64,000 bases of DNA from Methanobacteriota archaeon (GTDB taxonomy: Archaea > Thermoplasmatota > E2 > DHVEG-1). This document shows positions 41,699 through 53,014 of this stretch, one piece after another. The position numbers were made by a program, and so were the translations under genes. Location: assembly GCA_963769885.1 (NCBI GenBank), contig CAVYNH010000006.1:32001-96000 (forward strand), in the 5' to 3' direction. Below the pieces are notes generated by a model. That model saw only the letters and a list, made by a program, of their open reading frames with translations, was not told where the DNA came from and searched no databases. Position 1 is the first letter of the stretch. The number at the start of each line of letters is the position of its first letter.

Positions 41699-43798
41699 TT
41701 ATAGGAGTTTCAACACCGAAAACTCCTTACTATCAGTGTCCCCCTCGAAGTCATAGGCAATGATCTTGACAGTATGCTTCCCAAAGCTCTTCGCCGACCA
41801 CTCCCACGTGTACGGCTGAGAGCTCGCGTTCGCTTCCAGCACACCATCAAGATAGAACTCGACCTTCTCAACGTTCCCACCGCCGTACCACATATCCTCG
41901 AAATACACCGTGACGTTGATCGGCCCGAACACAACCGGCCGCGACATGGGAACGACCCGATGGTTCCTCACATACAAGGCATTCAACGGCTGCATCACAC
42001 CGAGAGCCGGTTTCGACCTCTCCAATGAGATGTTCTGCCAGGACGTGCTATTGGCGACACCATCGTGACGATACGGGTCGTACGATTCATAACCGTTCAC
42101 CCTCACCTCACGATACAACTCGCCCGGCGGTACTGAGATAGCATAGAACCCAGAACTATTCGTATAGGTCTCGTTTTGGAGACTGAACCCTGCCGCGTAA
42201 TCAATCCAATCATACGTCAGCATCGCATTCGGCAGAGCAGCACCGGAGGTTGCATCCCGGACATACCCGCAAATCTTAGCGTTCTCACTGGGATGAGCCA
42301 ACATCGACAAATTCACCCAACGCACCTCAAAATCAGAGATATTGATATTATGCAAAGACTCACTGAAATACCCAGCCTTTGTTGCACTAACATCAACTGT
42401 CCCAGAGGCAACATGAATCACATAGAATCCCACACCATTCGAAACTGTAATATTGTGATATGTCTGGCTAGACGACCCATGCCAAGTCACCGTGACGTTC
42501 GCTCCCGGAATTAATGCACTTGTGGACTCGTCTCGGATATATCCACAAAGCGTCGCATTCTCCTCAGGCTTTGGATAAAGCGTAGTGTTTATCCACTTCA
42601 CCTGACCATCAACCAGATTGAAAGAGTTCGTCGAGCGGTCACAATAGCCGACAGCAGAGATTGTCAGTCGATACCGTCCTGCCGGAGCCCCGACCTCATA
42701 GAACCCCGATGCATTCGTTGTCGTCTCATTCTCAAAGGATTCCCAGCCATTCGTCCGACCATGGATATTCACGACCGCCCCGGCGAGGGGAGTAAGGGAA
42801 ACGGCATCCGCGACATAGCCACGGACCGAAGCCGACTCCAGCGTCCCCAAAGAAGCAACTGATGGATGCAGGGGGACGGTCATGGAAGCCTGTGAGTGAG
42901 CAGGGACCGTCACCAAGGGCAGCTCCCCCGCGTAGCCGTCGTAAATGGTAGGGGTCTGCTCATAGGCGCGAGGCTGCGTGTAATTGAACGCCTCCTCCGC
43001 GGTGACGACGCCATCATGGTTGGCATCCGCATAGCCGCGCAGGCCGTCGATCAGCCAGGGAGCGAACCCGCCTGACATCGCTTCCTCGTCCTCGCGGCAT
43101 CCCATAAGAATAACACGATTCTGACCTTTCACGTCCTCGCCGAACCCTTTCACCCATTGGTTGGCGGCCTGTTTGAACAAGGAGTGGTTGCCAAGGGACC
43201 AATGGTCGTTGAAGCCACCGGCGAAGCAGCTGTCCACAATCAGGCACACGCCTTGTGATTGGAGGCGGTTGAGCTCGACATTGATCTCATCGTCCCACAG
43301 GAACGTCATGGGCATGGCGAACTGCCAGTAGGTGAGGAGCATCTCATCGGCGCCGTCGGCCTCGTCCTTCGGCGGCAGGTCGATCGGGGTCCCGTTGGCC
43401 GTCGCCATGGGGCTGCCGTGGGTGCTGAGGAAGACGAGGGAGGTGTCGCCGCTGCCCTCGTGTTGCCGCAGCCAGCGGAATCCCGCGAGGATGTTGCGCT
43501 CGGTGCCCTCTTCGCCCTTGATGACTTTGACATGGTCGGGCAGCCATCCGGCGTCCAGGAGGGTCTGTGCGAAGTCAGTGACTTCGCTGATCATCAACGG
43601 TCGGTCCTGCTCTGGGTTTTCGGCGTAGATGCCGATGCCGACGCAGAGCGCCCAGTTGTTCTCGGCGATAAATCCCTTTGCGGCTGGTGCCGGTTGGGCC
43701 GTGGTGGCCCTGGCTGTGAAGAGCGGCATGATTCCCGGGCTGACGAGGAGAATCGCGGTAGTCAGTAAGGTAATGGACCAACGTTGAATGGACTTCAT
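41699..43798 (-). CDS. Secreted caspase-family (C14) peptidase with three carboxypeptidase-regulatory-like repeats and C-terminal Ig domain
   Basis: WAL.VGI, STHGS, DSCFAGG, DAN.DG.VT.EEAF.Y. Confidence 0.88.
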   Translation of the reverse strand: MKSIQRWSITLLTTAILLVSPGIMPLFTARATTAQPAPAAKGFIAENNWALCVGIGIYAENPEQDRPLMISEVTDFAQTLLDAGWLPDHVKVIKGEEGTERNILAGFRWLRQHEGSGDTSLVFLSTHGSPMATANGTPIDLPPKDEADGADEMLLTYWQFAMPMTFLWDDEINVELNRLQSQGVCLIVDSCFAGGFNDHWSLGNHSLFKQAANQWVKGFGEDVKGQNRVILMGCREDEEAMSGGFAPWLIDGLRGYADANHDGVVTAEEAFNYTQPRAYEQTPTIYDGYAGELPLVTVPAHSQASMTVPLHPSVASLGTLESASVRGYVADAVSLTPLAGAVVNIHGRTNGWESFENETTTNASGFYEVGAPAGRYRLTISAVGYCDRSTNSFNLVDGQVKWINTTLYPKPEENATLCGYIRDESTSALIPGANVTVTWHGSSSQTYHNITVSNGVGFYVIHVASGTVDVSATKAGYFSESLHNINISDFEVRWVNLSMLAHPSENAKICGYVRDATSGAALPNAMLTYDWIDYAAGFSLQNETYTNSSGFYAISVPPGELYREVRVNGYESYDPYRHDGVANSTSWQNISLERSKPALGVMQPLNALYVRNHRVVPMSRPVVFGPINVTVYFEDMWYGGGNVEKVEFYLDGVLEANASSQPYTWEWSAKSFGKHTVKIIAYDFEGDTDSKEFSVLKLL

Positions 43799-43917
43799 AT
43801 TTTTCTTCCCCCTATTGGATGAGTAGAGAGAAGGCGCTCCTTGTTTAAGTTATTTTTCCCAAATCTTCCCCAATTCGACGGCTGAAAGTTGTTTTTTATT
43901 AGGGGCCGGTGATGTTT

Positions 43918-44487
43918 CTAGGGAGCCGTCTGGGGAGGGGTGGTGGGTTCGCAGGGGGTGAGCTCTTGGAAGACGCCGAGCTCTTTGTTCTTGACGACGT
44001 TGTCCCAGTTAAAATAGCGGCCGTTCATGGCGACGTAGACGCCGGGGGGGAGGGTCTGGGCGTAGGCGAGCGCGCTGCCGAGGTTGAAGAGGCCGTCGCT
44101 GCTGCCGAAGCGGTACGGGATCATGGCACCGGTGAGGACGATGGTCTTGTCCGTGATGGATCTGCCGAGGAGTCGTGCGGTGTCTGCCATGGTGTCGGTG
44201 CCGTGGGTGATGACGATGCGGTCCTCGGGGGACTGTCGGCAGCAGTCCAGGATCCGCTGGCGGTCCGCCTCGTTCATGCTGAGGCTGTCTTTCATCATGA
44301 CCGTGTCGATGACGACTTTGAGGTAGCAGTGGCCCAGCTTGAGGACCTCGGGGACGTGGGTCTCGCGGAAGAAGAGGGAGCCGTCGAGCTCGTCGTATTC
44401 CTTGTCGAAGGTTCCGCCGGTGACCATGATGCGGACTTTGATCGTCGTCTCAGCCCTCCTGAGTTGTGGGTGAGGTAGTCGTTCCAT
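43918..44487 (-). CDS. Single-domain L-asparaginase-like protein
   Basis: TGGT, KDSL, THGTDTM, VLTGAM.P; start uncertain. Confidence 0.88.
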   Translation of the reverse strand: MERLPHPQLRRAETTIKVRIMVTGGTFDKEYDELDGSLFFRETHVPEVLKLGHCYLKVVIDTVMMKDSLSMNEADRQRILDCCRQSPEDRIVITHGTDTMADTARLLGRSITDKTIVLTGAMIPYRFGSSDGLFNLGSALAYAQTLPPGVYVAMNGRYFNWDNVVKNKELGVFQELTPCEPTTPPQTAP

Positions 44488-44576
44488 TCTTTTGAGGTTG
44501 CCGGTCGAATCTCCTAGTGGGCATTATCGTCTTGGAGGGCAACGCTCTCTTTAGGTGCTCCTTTCAGGGAGCGCAT

Positions 44577-44921
44577 TCATTTTTTTCTTTTTTTCAGAAT
44601 CTTCGATACCTGCTTTTTCAATTCAGGTATTTTGCTCACAACAACATCCCATACAATCGCATGATCAACCCCGAAATATGCATGAATTAGGATATCCCGC
44701 AGCCCAGCTATCTTCTTCCATTCAACCTCTGGATGCTGTCGCTGAACATCAGCCGGAAGATGTTTCACCGCTTCCCCGATGATCTCAAGATTCCGGACGA
44801 CTGCGTCCTGCACAAGTTGATTCTTTGAGAAGTCCTCATACGAAAGCCCCCGCACATATCCATCTATTCGTTGAATAGCGAAGACAATATCCTTGAGAAA
44901 TACCTTAAATTCCCGAGGCAT
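44577..44921 (-). CDS. hepT: HepT/DUF86 HEPN ribonuclease toxin
   Basis: [12 protein letters not shown]; RX4HXY motif RDILIHAY. Confidence 0.9.
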   Translation of the reverse strand: MPREFKVFLKDIVFAIQRIDGYVRGLSYEDFSKNQLVQDAVVRNLEIIGEAVKHLPADVQRQHPEVEWKKIAGLRDILIHAYFGVDHAIVWDVVVSKIPELKKQVSKILKKRKK

Positions 44922-45207
44922 ATCGGACACCCTTCAGAATCGAGGGTTTCAACTCAGTCTTCAATGCTTCCTTCACAACCAGATCAACCCGCCGCCCAAA
45001 GACGCTCTCAAGGAAGAATTTCAGGTCCATATAATTATCAAACGTCTTCCGACCTCTCTTGAACTCGACCAGGATGTCGATATCGCTCTTCCTCCCTTGC
45101 GTGTTTGAGGAAAATGACCCGAAGAGCCCGATCTTCCGCACACCATACCGTTGAATTCGTTCCCTTTTTTCAGAGAGAGTATTGAGGATATTCTCAGAGG
45201 TAAGCAT
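44905..45207 (-). CDS. mntA: Minimal nucleotidyltransferase antitoxin
   Basis: LFGS-X10-DID, VDLV; overlaps the toxin gene. Confidence 0.9.
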   Translation of the reverse strand: MLTSENILNTLSEKRERIQRYGVRKIGLFGSFSSNTQGRKSDIDILVEFKRGRKTFDNYMDLKFFLESVFGRRVDLVVKEALKTELKPSILKGVRYASGI

Positions 45208-45474
45208 ACCGTGAATAAATACCTGCACGAGTATAAGAAATTGATTGTTGACAAAACCCATTATCCGTGCTAATGGCATGATCACGTCGGGAACGTGCTA
45301 AAGGCACACTTCTCCCCTTGTGTTGGAGAGTTACGGCCTGGCAAAAAATCCTTCTGGGGGATTACTTGTTAGAAGTTCGATGTTCCTGTATTTATTAAAA
45401 TCGGCGGCTCGACTTTTTTACGAGGATTAGTGCGGCATCCTAGAAAAAACAGGATTCGGGAATGAATTACGGTC

Positions 45475-47040
45475 TTAGTATCTCAATATTTGTCGTAAGA
45501 TTGGGAATGCATTGGGGAATCGATTGAGAAGCCAGTAGATGATGGGGAAGCGGGGTGGTTCGTACGGCATTTTGACATGGAGGGTGCCCCAGTCGCTTTC
45601 CATCAAGTGTTTGTCGCGTGCTTTGACGTTGATGTCGTAGCGGCCGCGTTTCTCCCAGGTATGCGATTGTATGATGGGTTGGCCTGAGGGGGTTGGGGTG
45701 GTCCAGTCAGTGGCGGTGCCATCGCCCCAGTTGATGTAGTAGGAGATGTTATTTTCCTCGGGGTCGGTCGAAACGAGAGTATAATTGCAGTTATGTTTTA
45801 TTTTTCCGGAGGAGGGGCCGGTGATGGTTGGTGGTGATGGGGGCTGGTTGGCAATTATTGTGAGAGCGTAGAGGGAGGTGGAGGAAAATTGGTTGCCGTG
45901 GGGTTCAAATTGTGCGGCGATGTAGAGTGTGCCGTTTTCGTCAATGGCAGGTGATGATTCGATGCTGTCTCCTGCATGGAATTTCCATCGGAGCGTTCCG
46001 TTTGGGTTGAGTGCGTAGAGGAAGCCATCGAGTGAGCCGCAGTAGATGATTCCATTTTTGTCAATGGCGGGGGAGGATAGCAAGGAATCTCCCGTTTGAT
46101 AATGCCATTTTTCAGTCCCATCGGGTGAGATGGCGAATAGTTTGCCGTTGTATGATCCTGCATAAATCGTGCCGCCACTAGCGATTGCGGGGGATGTCTC
46201 TGCAGAGTCTCCTGTATTGAATCTCCATTTCAAGGTTCCATTCGGGGAGATTGCATAGAGATTTTTATCCCAAGAGCAGACATAGATTATGCCATCGTCT
46301 CCGATGGAAGGTGATGATTTTACTTCCCCGCTTGTCTTGAATTTCCATCTCAAGGTCCCGTTTGGATTGATCGCATAGAGATACTGGTCGTGGGAGCCGA
46401 TGTAGATATTTCCATTTTTATCAATGGCTGGTGATGAGTATATCCAATCGGTTGCGTAGAAACTCCATTTAATCGTTCCATTAGGAGAAACAGCACATAA
46501 TCTGCTGCTTCCTAACGATGCAGCATAGATAATTCCTTCGCTATCAATGGCTGGCGAAGAAAAAACCCAGCCCTCCCCTAAATGGGTAATCCACTTTATT
46601 GATCCATTTGGATAAAGTGCATTAAGATTGCCATTATCTGATCCGAAAAAAATAGTTCCATCTGATGAGACGGCAGGGGAAGAATCCACCCAATCACCAG
46701 GAGCAAAATGCCATTTTTCTGTACCATTTGGATTTATAGCGAAAAAGAAATTGTTATGAAAACCTTCTGCACCGATATAGATTATATTATTTTTATCGAT
46801 AGCGGGAGAAGAAATAGTCAATCCTTCCATCTGAAATTTCCATTTGACAAGATACCAATTACCATTTGCCCCATACATACTTCTTCCTGTGTGATGTATA
46901 TCATGATGGAACATGGGCCATGCGGAATCCAGAAGACCATCAGACAAGGGTTCAGCTTTTGCTGGAGTAGCAGGTAGGATTGTGGGAAGAATGAGTATGG
47001 AAATCACAAGACCCAGTATGACGGTTGAAGGGTGTATCAA
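45475..47040 (-). CDS. Secreted PQQ-like beta-propeller protein with PKD domain and amphipathic tail
   Basis: WPMF.HD..HTG; about 8 repeats of SSPAI...G.IY.GS.D..LYA..P.GT.KW. Confidence 0.92.
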   Translation of the reverse strand: MIHPSTVILGLVISILILPTILPATPAKAEPLSDGLLDSAWPMFHHDIHHTGRSMYGANGNWYLVKWKFQMEGLTISSPAIDKNNIIYIGAEGFHNNFFFAINPNGTEKWHFAPGDWVDSSPAVSSDGTIFFGSDNGNLNALYPNGSIKWITHLGEGWVFSSPAIDSEGIIYAASLGSSRLCAVSPNGTIKWSFYATDWIYSSPAIDKNGNIYIGSHDQYLYAINPNGTLRWKFKTSGEVKSSPSIGDDGIIYVCSWDKNLYAISPNGTLKWRFNTGDSAETSPAIASGGTIYAGSYNGKLFAISPDGTEKWHYQTGDSLLSSPAIDKNGIIYCGSLDGFLYALNPNGTLRWKFHAGDSIESSPAIDENGTLYIAAQFEPHGNQFSSTSLYALTIIANQPPSPPTITGPSSGKIKHNCNYTLVSTDPEENNISYYINWGDGTATDWTTPTPSGQPIIQSHTWEKRGRYDINVKARDKHLMESDWGTLHVKMPYEPPRFPIIYWLLNRFPNAFPILRQILRY

Positions 47041-47181
47041 AGTTCTTTCCCCAGGTAATAGAATCGCCGCCTCTCCTTATTAAACTGCCTCTGGAGGTTT
47101 AAATCTCGACCTGAAAAAGAGCTGATCGTGAGACCATGTGATGTGAAATTCTTGGAGCATTGAAAATCTAAAATTAAACCC

Positions 47182-48546
47182 CTAGTGGGCGTTTATCCAC
47201 TGGGCGATGTCGTCCACGACCTTAGGGGCGACGTTCCCAGGGACGGCGTAGTCCTGCGGCGACGGCGGCTCCCCGCCGGGGGTGAACAGGTGCGTGAGGT
47301 CTGGAAAGGCATGGAACGCGACGTTCGTACGATTCCCGAGCGCCGCCTGCCAGAGTAGGAAATCCAGCGTAAAGTTCACTTGGTAATCTCGCATCCCCTG
47401 CAGAAACAGCATCGGCAGCGACAGGTTCTCCGCGGTCTGAATCGGGTTGTAGCTTGCGAGGTCCGCCCAATAGGCCCTTCCGGCGCCAATCACGACCTCG
47501 CCTGTACGAATATTTAGTGTATGGATCTTCTCCACCATTATGCTGAGGTTGTGGATGGCCTGGGCCTCGAAGCTTGTGACGTTCCCGTCGAGGTTCGCAA
47601 GGTAGATGGTCTGGTTCAACGCGAGGTCCTCGAGCGGACGCGCCGGGACAGCAAGCAGGATCAGCCCCGCGATCCCGGTCGTGTTCGCCGCAATCCGAGG
47701 GGCGAGCATGGCGCCGAAGCTATGACCGAGGACATAGATCCTGCTCAGATCAACACCAGGGGTTGAATGCAGGAGTGCGACCGCCCGTTGCGCATCCTGC
47801 TCTGTCTCTTGAAACACCGTGAAGTTGCCCAGGTCCTTGGCGATGATCGCGCCGTACTGCCTCGTCCGCTTCTCGTACCGCAGCACCGCAATCCCCTGGG
47901 ACGCCAGCCCCCCTGCGAGATCCTTGAACGGCTTGTCCGCAAGGACGGTCTCATCCCGGTCGTTCGGCCCTGACCCCTGCACCAAGACCACGGCGGGGAA
48001 CGGACCCGCACCGTTCGGCATGCTCAGCGTCCCGGGAAGTGGCCACGCCGTCCCCGCACCCACGGTCACGTTCGTCTCAGCAAACGCGCTCAGATTCGCA
48101 TACGACGGCGGCCGATACTCACCAGAGAGATCGGCCGGCAAGAAATGCAGCCCGGCCACCAGCCCCGCCTGATCGAACGTCACTACACAATCCAGCGTCA
48201 TCTGCAGCGTGAACACACACGTCACAAACACGTTCGTATAGTTCTGCTGCGTCGTCACCCGCACGCCCGTGACGTTCTCAAACGCCCCATACTGCACCTG
48301 CAGCTGACCCCAGATCGCCTCCAGCTTCGCCGCGGACGTCGCCTGCTGCATCGTCCCCGTGAACCAGGAGGTAAACACCGCGGCCAGCGTCCCGTTGTTC
48401 ATCCGCTCGACAACCTGCACCGCCCGATCCTCATTCGTCACACCGGGCGCCGCCGGCCTCTGCTCGCTGCAGCCGCACAACCCGACCACCACCATAGACA
48501 CCACCACGAGAACACACGAAAACACTTTGTTCATCACACTCACCAC
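47182..48546 (-). CDS. Alpha/beta hydrolase lipoprotein with DUF3887-like N-domain
   Basis: LCGC lipobox; GSGPNDRDE, GHSFG, DYQV, L.HLF. Confidence 0.88.
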   Translation of the reverse strand: MVSVMNKVFSCVLVVVSMVVVGLCGCSEQRPAAPGVTNEDRAVQVVERMNNGTLAAVFTSWFTGTMQQATSAAKLEAIWGQLQVQYGAFENVTGVRVTTQQNYTNVFVTCVFTLQMTLDCVVTFDQAGLVAGLHFLPADLSGEYRPPSYANLSAFAETNVTVGAGTAWPLPGTLSMPNGAGPFPAVVLVQGSGPNDRDETVLADKPFKDLAGGLASQGIAVLRYEKRTRQYGAIIAKDLGNFTVFQETEQDAQRAVALLHSTPGVDLSRIYVLGHSFGAMLAPRIAANTTGIAGLILLAVPARPLEDLALNQTIYLANLDGNVTSFEAQAIHNLSIMVEKIHTLNIRTGEVVIGAGRAYWADLASYNPIQTAENLSLPMLFLQGMRDYQVNFTLDFLLWQAALGNRTNVAFHAFPDLTHLFTPGGEPPSPQDYAVPGNVAPKVVDDIAQWINAH

Positions 48547-48836
48547 AGATATCTTGACGGACAGCCGTAGGAACCCTCGACCTAAAAGTCTTTCCCCAAC
48601 CCAATCAGAAGCCTCATCGAAGCATCCCTCCTTTTGCCATTACTTCACATTATTTCACAGTCACATTCCACTAAAATTTCATAGCTCACCACGGCTTCGC
48701 ATCAAACACCGCAATACACATACCGCCATCCTCAACCAACCACCCTCATCACCAGACCCACCAAACCCCTCAAAAAACACAGCAACCAATAAAAACCACC
48801 ACCCCCATAACAAAAAATCAGAGAGAAACGATAAAA

Positions 48837-50412
48837 ATGAGACCACGCCCCCTCATCCTCATCCTCCTCCTCACAATCCTGCTCACCATCCCCGCCACCG
48901 CCGCCACCCACCAGACCGACACCGCCGTCACCCCCGCCACCGCTCTCCAAGTCGCCCGCCACTTCCTCCCCACCGCCACCACCAACACCACCACCCTCAT
49001 CACCGACCACGCCACCCCCCTCTACTACCTCATCACCCTGCAGCCCACCGGCTACATCCTCGTCACCGCCGACACCCGCCTCCCCCCCATCCTCGCCTAC
49101 AGCACCACCGCAGCCCCCGACACCCCCGACGACCCTGACCACACCCTCCTCACCCTCGCCACCGCCGACCTCCACCAACGACTCACCCACCTCACCAGCC
49201 TCCCCCCTGATCTCCTCCGCCAACGCGCGGACCAATGGACCCAGCTCATCGCCGGCACCCCCACCCAGTCCTCCACCTACCGCCAATGGCCACGCCTCGG
49301 TACCACCAGCGACGGCGGCTGGCTCGAAACCACCTGGACCCAAAAATATCCCTACAACCTCGACTGCCCCATCGACCTCGCCACCCACGACCGCAGCGTC
49401 GCCGGCTGCCCCGCCGTCGCCATGGCCCAAATCCTCAACTACCACCAGACCACCAACACCATCGCCTTCAACGACACCGACGACTACCTCCACGACTACG
49501 CCGGCAACACCTTCACCATCAACGACAACCACGCCACCTACGACTTCCCCAGCTTCCCCGCCCTCGACACCAGCCTCGAAACCCTCACCCGCTACTACCA
49601 GACCCAGACCCCGCTCACCATCCGCGACAAGGCAGCCCTCGTCTTCGCCTGCGGCGTCGCCGCCCATCAAGTCTACAGCCCCCAGGGCTCCGGCACCTAT
49701 GGCGTCTCCCAAGCACTCCAGGCCTACCACCGCTTCGGTTTCACCAACGTCACCCTCCTCACCCAAAACACCACCGACACCTACACCCAGATCCAAGACG
49801 ACCTCAAGGTTGGCCTTCCCGTCCATTACGCCTGCGTGAACGAGAACTGGACCGCAGGCCATAACTTTGTCGTCGACGGCTACAACACCGACGGCTACTA
49901 TCATTGCAACTTCGGCTGGGGCGGCCCCATGGACGGCTGGTATCTCCTCCCCCAGGAGCTCCCACGCAACCTCACCTTCCTTGAAGGCGCCATCGTCCAC
50001 ATCCGCGACGAGTACCGACCAGTCCCGCCTCAGCGCCACTGGCAGCCTCAGCTGGGACCACGTCCAGACGAGAGCCACGCTCACCGGCACCATCCTTTTG
50101 CAGACCTCCGCCGAGCCCGGCACCACCCTCTCCTGGGAGGTCGCCGACACCCCGGACTGGGGCACCTGGACCTTCACCCCAGACTACGGCACCATCACCG
50201 CGAACAACACCGTCAACATCACGCTTTCCGCCACCGCCCCGTACCTCCCCAACCACCACTACACCGGACATATCACCATCATCAACCCCCAGGATCCCTC
50301 AGACAACTGCCTCATCCACCTCTCACTCACCACCCCTCAGGCTCACCCTTATTTCAACGTCCTCTTCCCCCGGCTATCCGCCTTCCTCCACCATCTCTTC
50401 CACCTCCAATAG
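48837..50412 (+). CDS. Secreted C10 (streptopain-like) peptidase with C-terminal Ig domain; +1 frameshift at about 50003
   Basis: W.Q..PYN, AGCPAVAMAQI, GHNFVVDGY, NFGWGG; removing one C in atccgcg joins the frame to ATSTDQSRLSATGSLSW. Confidence 0.88.
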
Positions 50413-50452
50413 AGACGAAGATTAAAGAACCCTCCTTAGATACACTCGCCTT

Positions 50453-51268
50453 ATGGGAAGATTAGGGCGAAGCTGGCAGCTGATGAAAACCAGCATGCAT
50501 GTACTCAGGCAGGACAAAGAAATCATCATCCTCCCAATCCTCTCGTTCTTCTGCGCCGTCATCATCCTCGGCACCTTCATCTTCGGGCTGTTCTTCACCC
50601 AAACCCTCTTCACCCTGTCCTGGATCCTCATCATCGTCCTTCTCCTCATGTACTTCTTCCTCTACTTCATCATCATCTTCTTCAACACCGCGATCATCGC
50701 CTGCGCCCACATCAGGCTCAACGGCGGCGACCCCACCATCCGCGACGGCCTGCGCATCGCCAGCGAGAACCTCGGACGTATCCTCAAATGGGCGCTCATC
50801 TCCGCCACCATCGGCCTCATCCTCCAGGCAGCCAGGGAACGCAGCGGCACCCTCGGCCGCATCCTCATCGCCATCATCGGCTTCGCCTGGACCGCGGTCA
50901 CCTTCTTCATCATCCCGGTCCTCATCTACGAGAAAAAAGGCATGTGGGACTCCCTCAAACACAGCGGCCAGCTCTTCCGCAAGACCTGGGGAGAAACCAT
51001 TGCTGGGGAAATCGGCTTCGGCGTCATCTTCTTCCTCATCGCCCTCATCGGCGTCATCCCGATCGTGTTCGGCATTCTCAGTTATAGCTTTACAACCTTC
51101 ATCATCGGCGTCGTCATCGCCGCCCTCTTCTGGATTGTTCTGGGCGCTGTTGCCTCAGCCCTCAACGGCATCTACGTCGCCGCCCTCTACAACTATGCGA
51201 CCACAGGAAAACTCCCGGAGCCGTACAACCCCAGCCTCATCCCCGCCTACAACCCCGGTCTCCGTTAA
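50453..51268 (+). CDS. DUF6159-like membrane protein
   Basis: SW.L.K.S..VL..DKE, FFN.A, S..LF.KTWGE; about 6 TM. Confidence 0.8.
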   Translation: MGRLGRSWQLMKTSMHVLRQDKEIIILPILSFFCAVIILGTFIFGLFFTQTLFTLSWILIIVLLLMYFFLYFIIIFFNTAIIACAHIRLNGGDPTIRDGLRIASENLGRILKWALISATIGLILQAARERSGTLGRILIAIIGFAWTAVTFFIIPVLIYEKKGMWDSLKHSGQLFRKTWGETIAGEIGFGVIFFLIALIGVIPIVFGILSYSFTTFIIGVVIAALFWIVLGAVASALNGIYVAALYNYATTGKLPEPYNPSLIPAYNPGLR

Positions 51269-51293
51269 TCAAAAAAATGTATTTGAATCTTTT

Positions 51294-51926
51294 CTAATAA
51301 GGATACGGAAAACAATTAAGATATTCAGCTATATATACTGCAATAAATGCAATTATTAAAAAAGGAATGCCAAAAATTTCAAAAATTGTATTATCTAGTA
51401 ATGCACCAAAAATTCCAAAGGGCACTGCAATAATTAATAAAATTAAACAGATAGCATCCTTAAAAATTGGTGTAGTTGTTGAACATGGACAGTTTAAAGC
51501 CTTTAATCCGTCAATTTCCTTTTTAAGTTTTAAGTCCTTCTCAAAAATACCATTAAGCTTATTTTTCAATGGAAAAAATGTTTCAGTCAATAAGGATATT
51601 TTTGGTCTAAACGATGATTTTGAAAGAATCAACCCAACAACATACATCCTCTTGAGTTGGTTCACAGTTAATACCGGAATCTTGATCGTCGAGAATTTTC
51701 CATTAAAATTAGTAAAAATATTCTTCAGCTGAGAAGCAAGAAAAACCTTCTGAATCTCCTTATTATTGACTATATCAACAATCGTTTGAAACACCAACTC
51801 TTTTTGTTTGAACCCATCCTTCATCGACGCTTGCACTGTCTGAAATCCAACAACATTTGTTTGTGAACCAAGGACAACCAAAATAATACATAGAAGACTC
51901 AAACCAAGGAGAATTGGCTTCTTCAT
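51294..51926 (-). CDS. Low-GC exported/membrane protein of unknown function
   Basis: Signal peptide ending NVVGFQ; CPC followed by a Cys-flanked helical hairpin. Confidence 0.8.
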   Translation of the reverse strand: MKKPILLGLSLLCIILVVLGSQTNVVGFQTVQASMKDGFKQKELVFQTIVDIVNNKEIQKVFLASQLKNIFTNFNGKFSTIKIPVLTVNQLKRMYVVGLILSKSSFRPKISLLTETFFPLKNKLNGIFEKDLKLKKEIDGLKALNCPCSTTTPIFKDAICLILLIIAVPFGIFGALLDNTIFEIFGIPFLIIAFIAVYIAEYLNCFPYPY

Positions 51927-52032
51927 TTTCTTTCTCCCAATTTAGTACCTGAAGAAAGGCTATTTAAATATATTTAGATATTTTTTAAAAACTCATTATT
52001 CTGAGCAATGAAAATGTATGAAACGAAGAGGG

Positions 52033-52512
52033 TCACCGCTGGAGCGTCACGCCCCGCTGATTCTGATATGTCCCCGACCGCTCCTGATACAAGGCCTTCG
52101 GCTGACTCTCCAACCGCTCGAACACGATCTGACAGAACCGGTCGCCGATCGGGATCTCCACCGGCTCATGGCTGGCGTTGAAGCACCCCAGCGTCAATGT
52201 CCCGTGGAACCCGGCGTCGACCTTCCCGAAGCTCGCCAGGACCCCTTTCCGCGCATAGCTCGAGCGGATCCACAGCTGAGATGTGATCATCGGACCCATC
52301 TGGATGCATTCTCGGGTGCTGACTGCGAACCACGTCAGCAGCGGGACAACCGCGACGCCATCCTTCACATGAGCACCCGATTTCTTGACGAAGACCTCAG
52401 CGATGGAGAGATCGTACCCGTTCGGCGTCAGGTTCTTCGCATGAAAGGGTTCGATTCCCAGGCTGCCATCCGCCAACGCCGCCTCAATGTCCGTGTCTGC
52501 GAGCACCACCAT
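52033..52512 (-). CDS. dcd: dCTP deaminase
   Basis: PNGYDL, RSSYARKG, VDAGFHG.LTL, QIVF, YQ.Q.G. Confidence 0.88.
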   Translation of the reverse strand: MVVLADTDIEAALADGSLGIEPFHAKNLTPNGYDLSIAEVFVKKSGAHVKDGVAVVPLLTWFAVSTRECIQMGPMITSQLWIRSSYARKGVLASFGKVDAGFHGTLTLGCFNASHEPVEIPIGDRFCQIVFERLESQPKALYQERSGTYQNQRGVTLQR

Positions 52513-52518
52513 AGTCCC

Positions 52519-52998
52519 TCACTGAATCGCGATCTTCTTGATTGTCACCGGCTCCAGCGGCCTGTCGCTGCAGTCAGTCTTGACCGTGCCGATGGCATCC
52601 ACGACATCCATCCCGGAGACGACCTTCCCGAAGACGGGATGCTGACTCGTCCTCGGCGGCTTATCAAAATCCAGGTACGTGTTATCCACGAGGTTGACGA
52701 ACCACTGACTGCCGCCCGTGTTCGGACCGCAGTTCGCCATCGCGATCGTCCCCCGCACGTTGCTGAGATCCTTGCGGAACTCGTCCTTGATCGTGTACCC
52801 CGGCCCGCCAGTCCCGGTGCCCTTGGGGCAGCCGCCCTGAATCATGAACCGCGGGATGACCCGATGGAAAATCAGACCGTTGTAGAAGCCTTTCTGCACG
52901 AGCGTGACGAAGTTCCCGGTCGTGACCGGCGCCTTATCCTCGAACAGCTCGATGGTGAACGTGCCTTTACTCGTCTCAAAGACTGCGTTGCGATTCAT
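52519..52998 (-). CDS. Cyclophilin-type peptidyl-prolyl isomerase
   Basis: FHRVI..FMIQGG, MAN.GPNTGGSQWF, VFGKV. Confidence 0.95.
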   Translation of the reverse strand: MNRNAVFETSKGTFTIELFEDKAPVTTGNFVTLVQKGFYNGLIFHRVIPRFMIQGGCPKGTGTGGPGYTIKDEFRKDLSNVRGTIAMANCGPNTGGSQWFVNLVDNTYLDFDKPPRTSQHPVFGKVVSGMDVVDAIGTVKTDCSDRPLEPVTIKKIAIQ

Positions 52999-53014
52999 CC
53001 AAACCTCTCTCCCG

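Noticed and set aside
45930-46820. 120-bp periodic repeats as an array or retroelement target
   Set aside because: Ordinary beta-propeller blades with synonymous divergence; no reverse transcriptase
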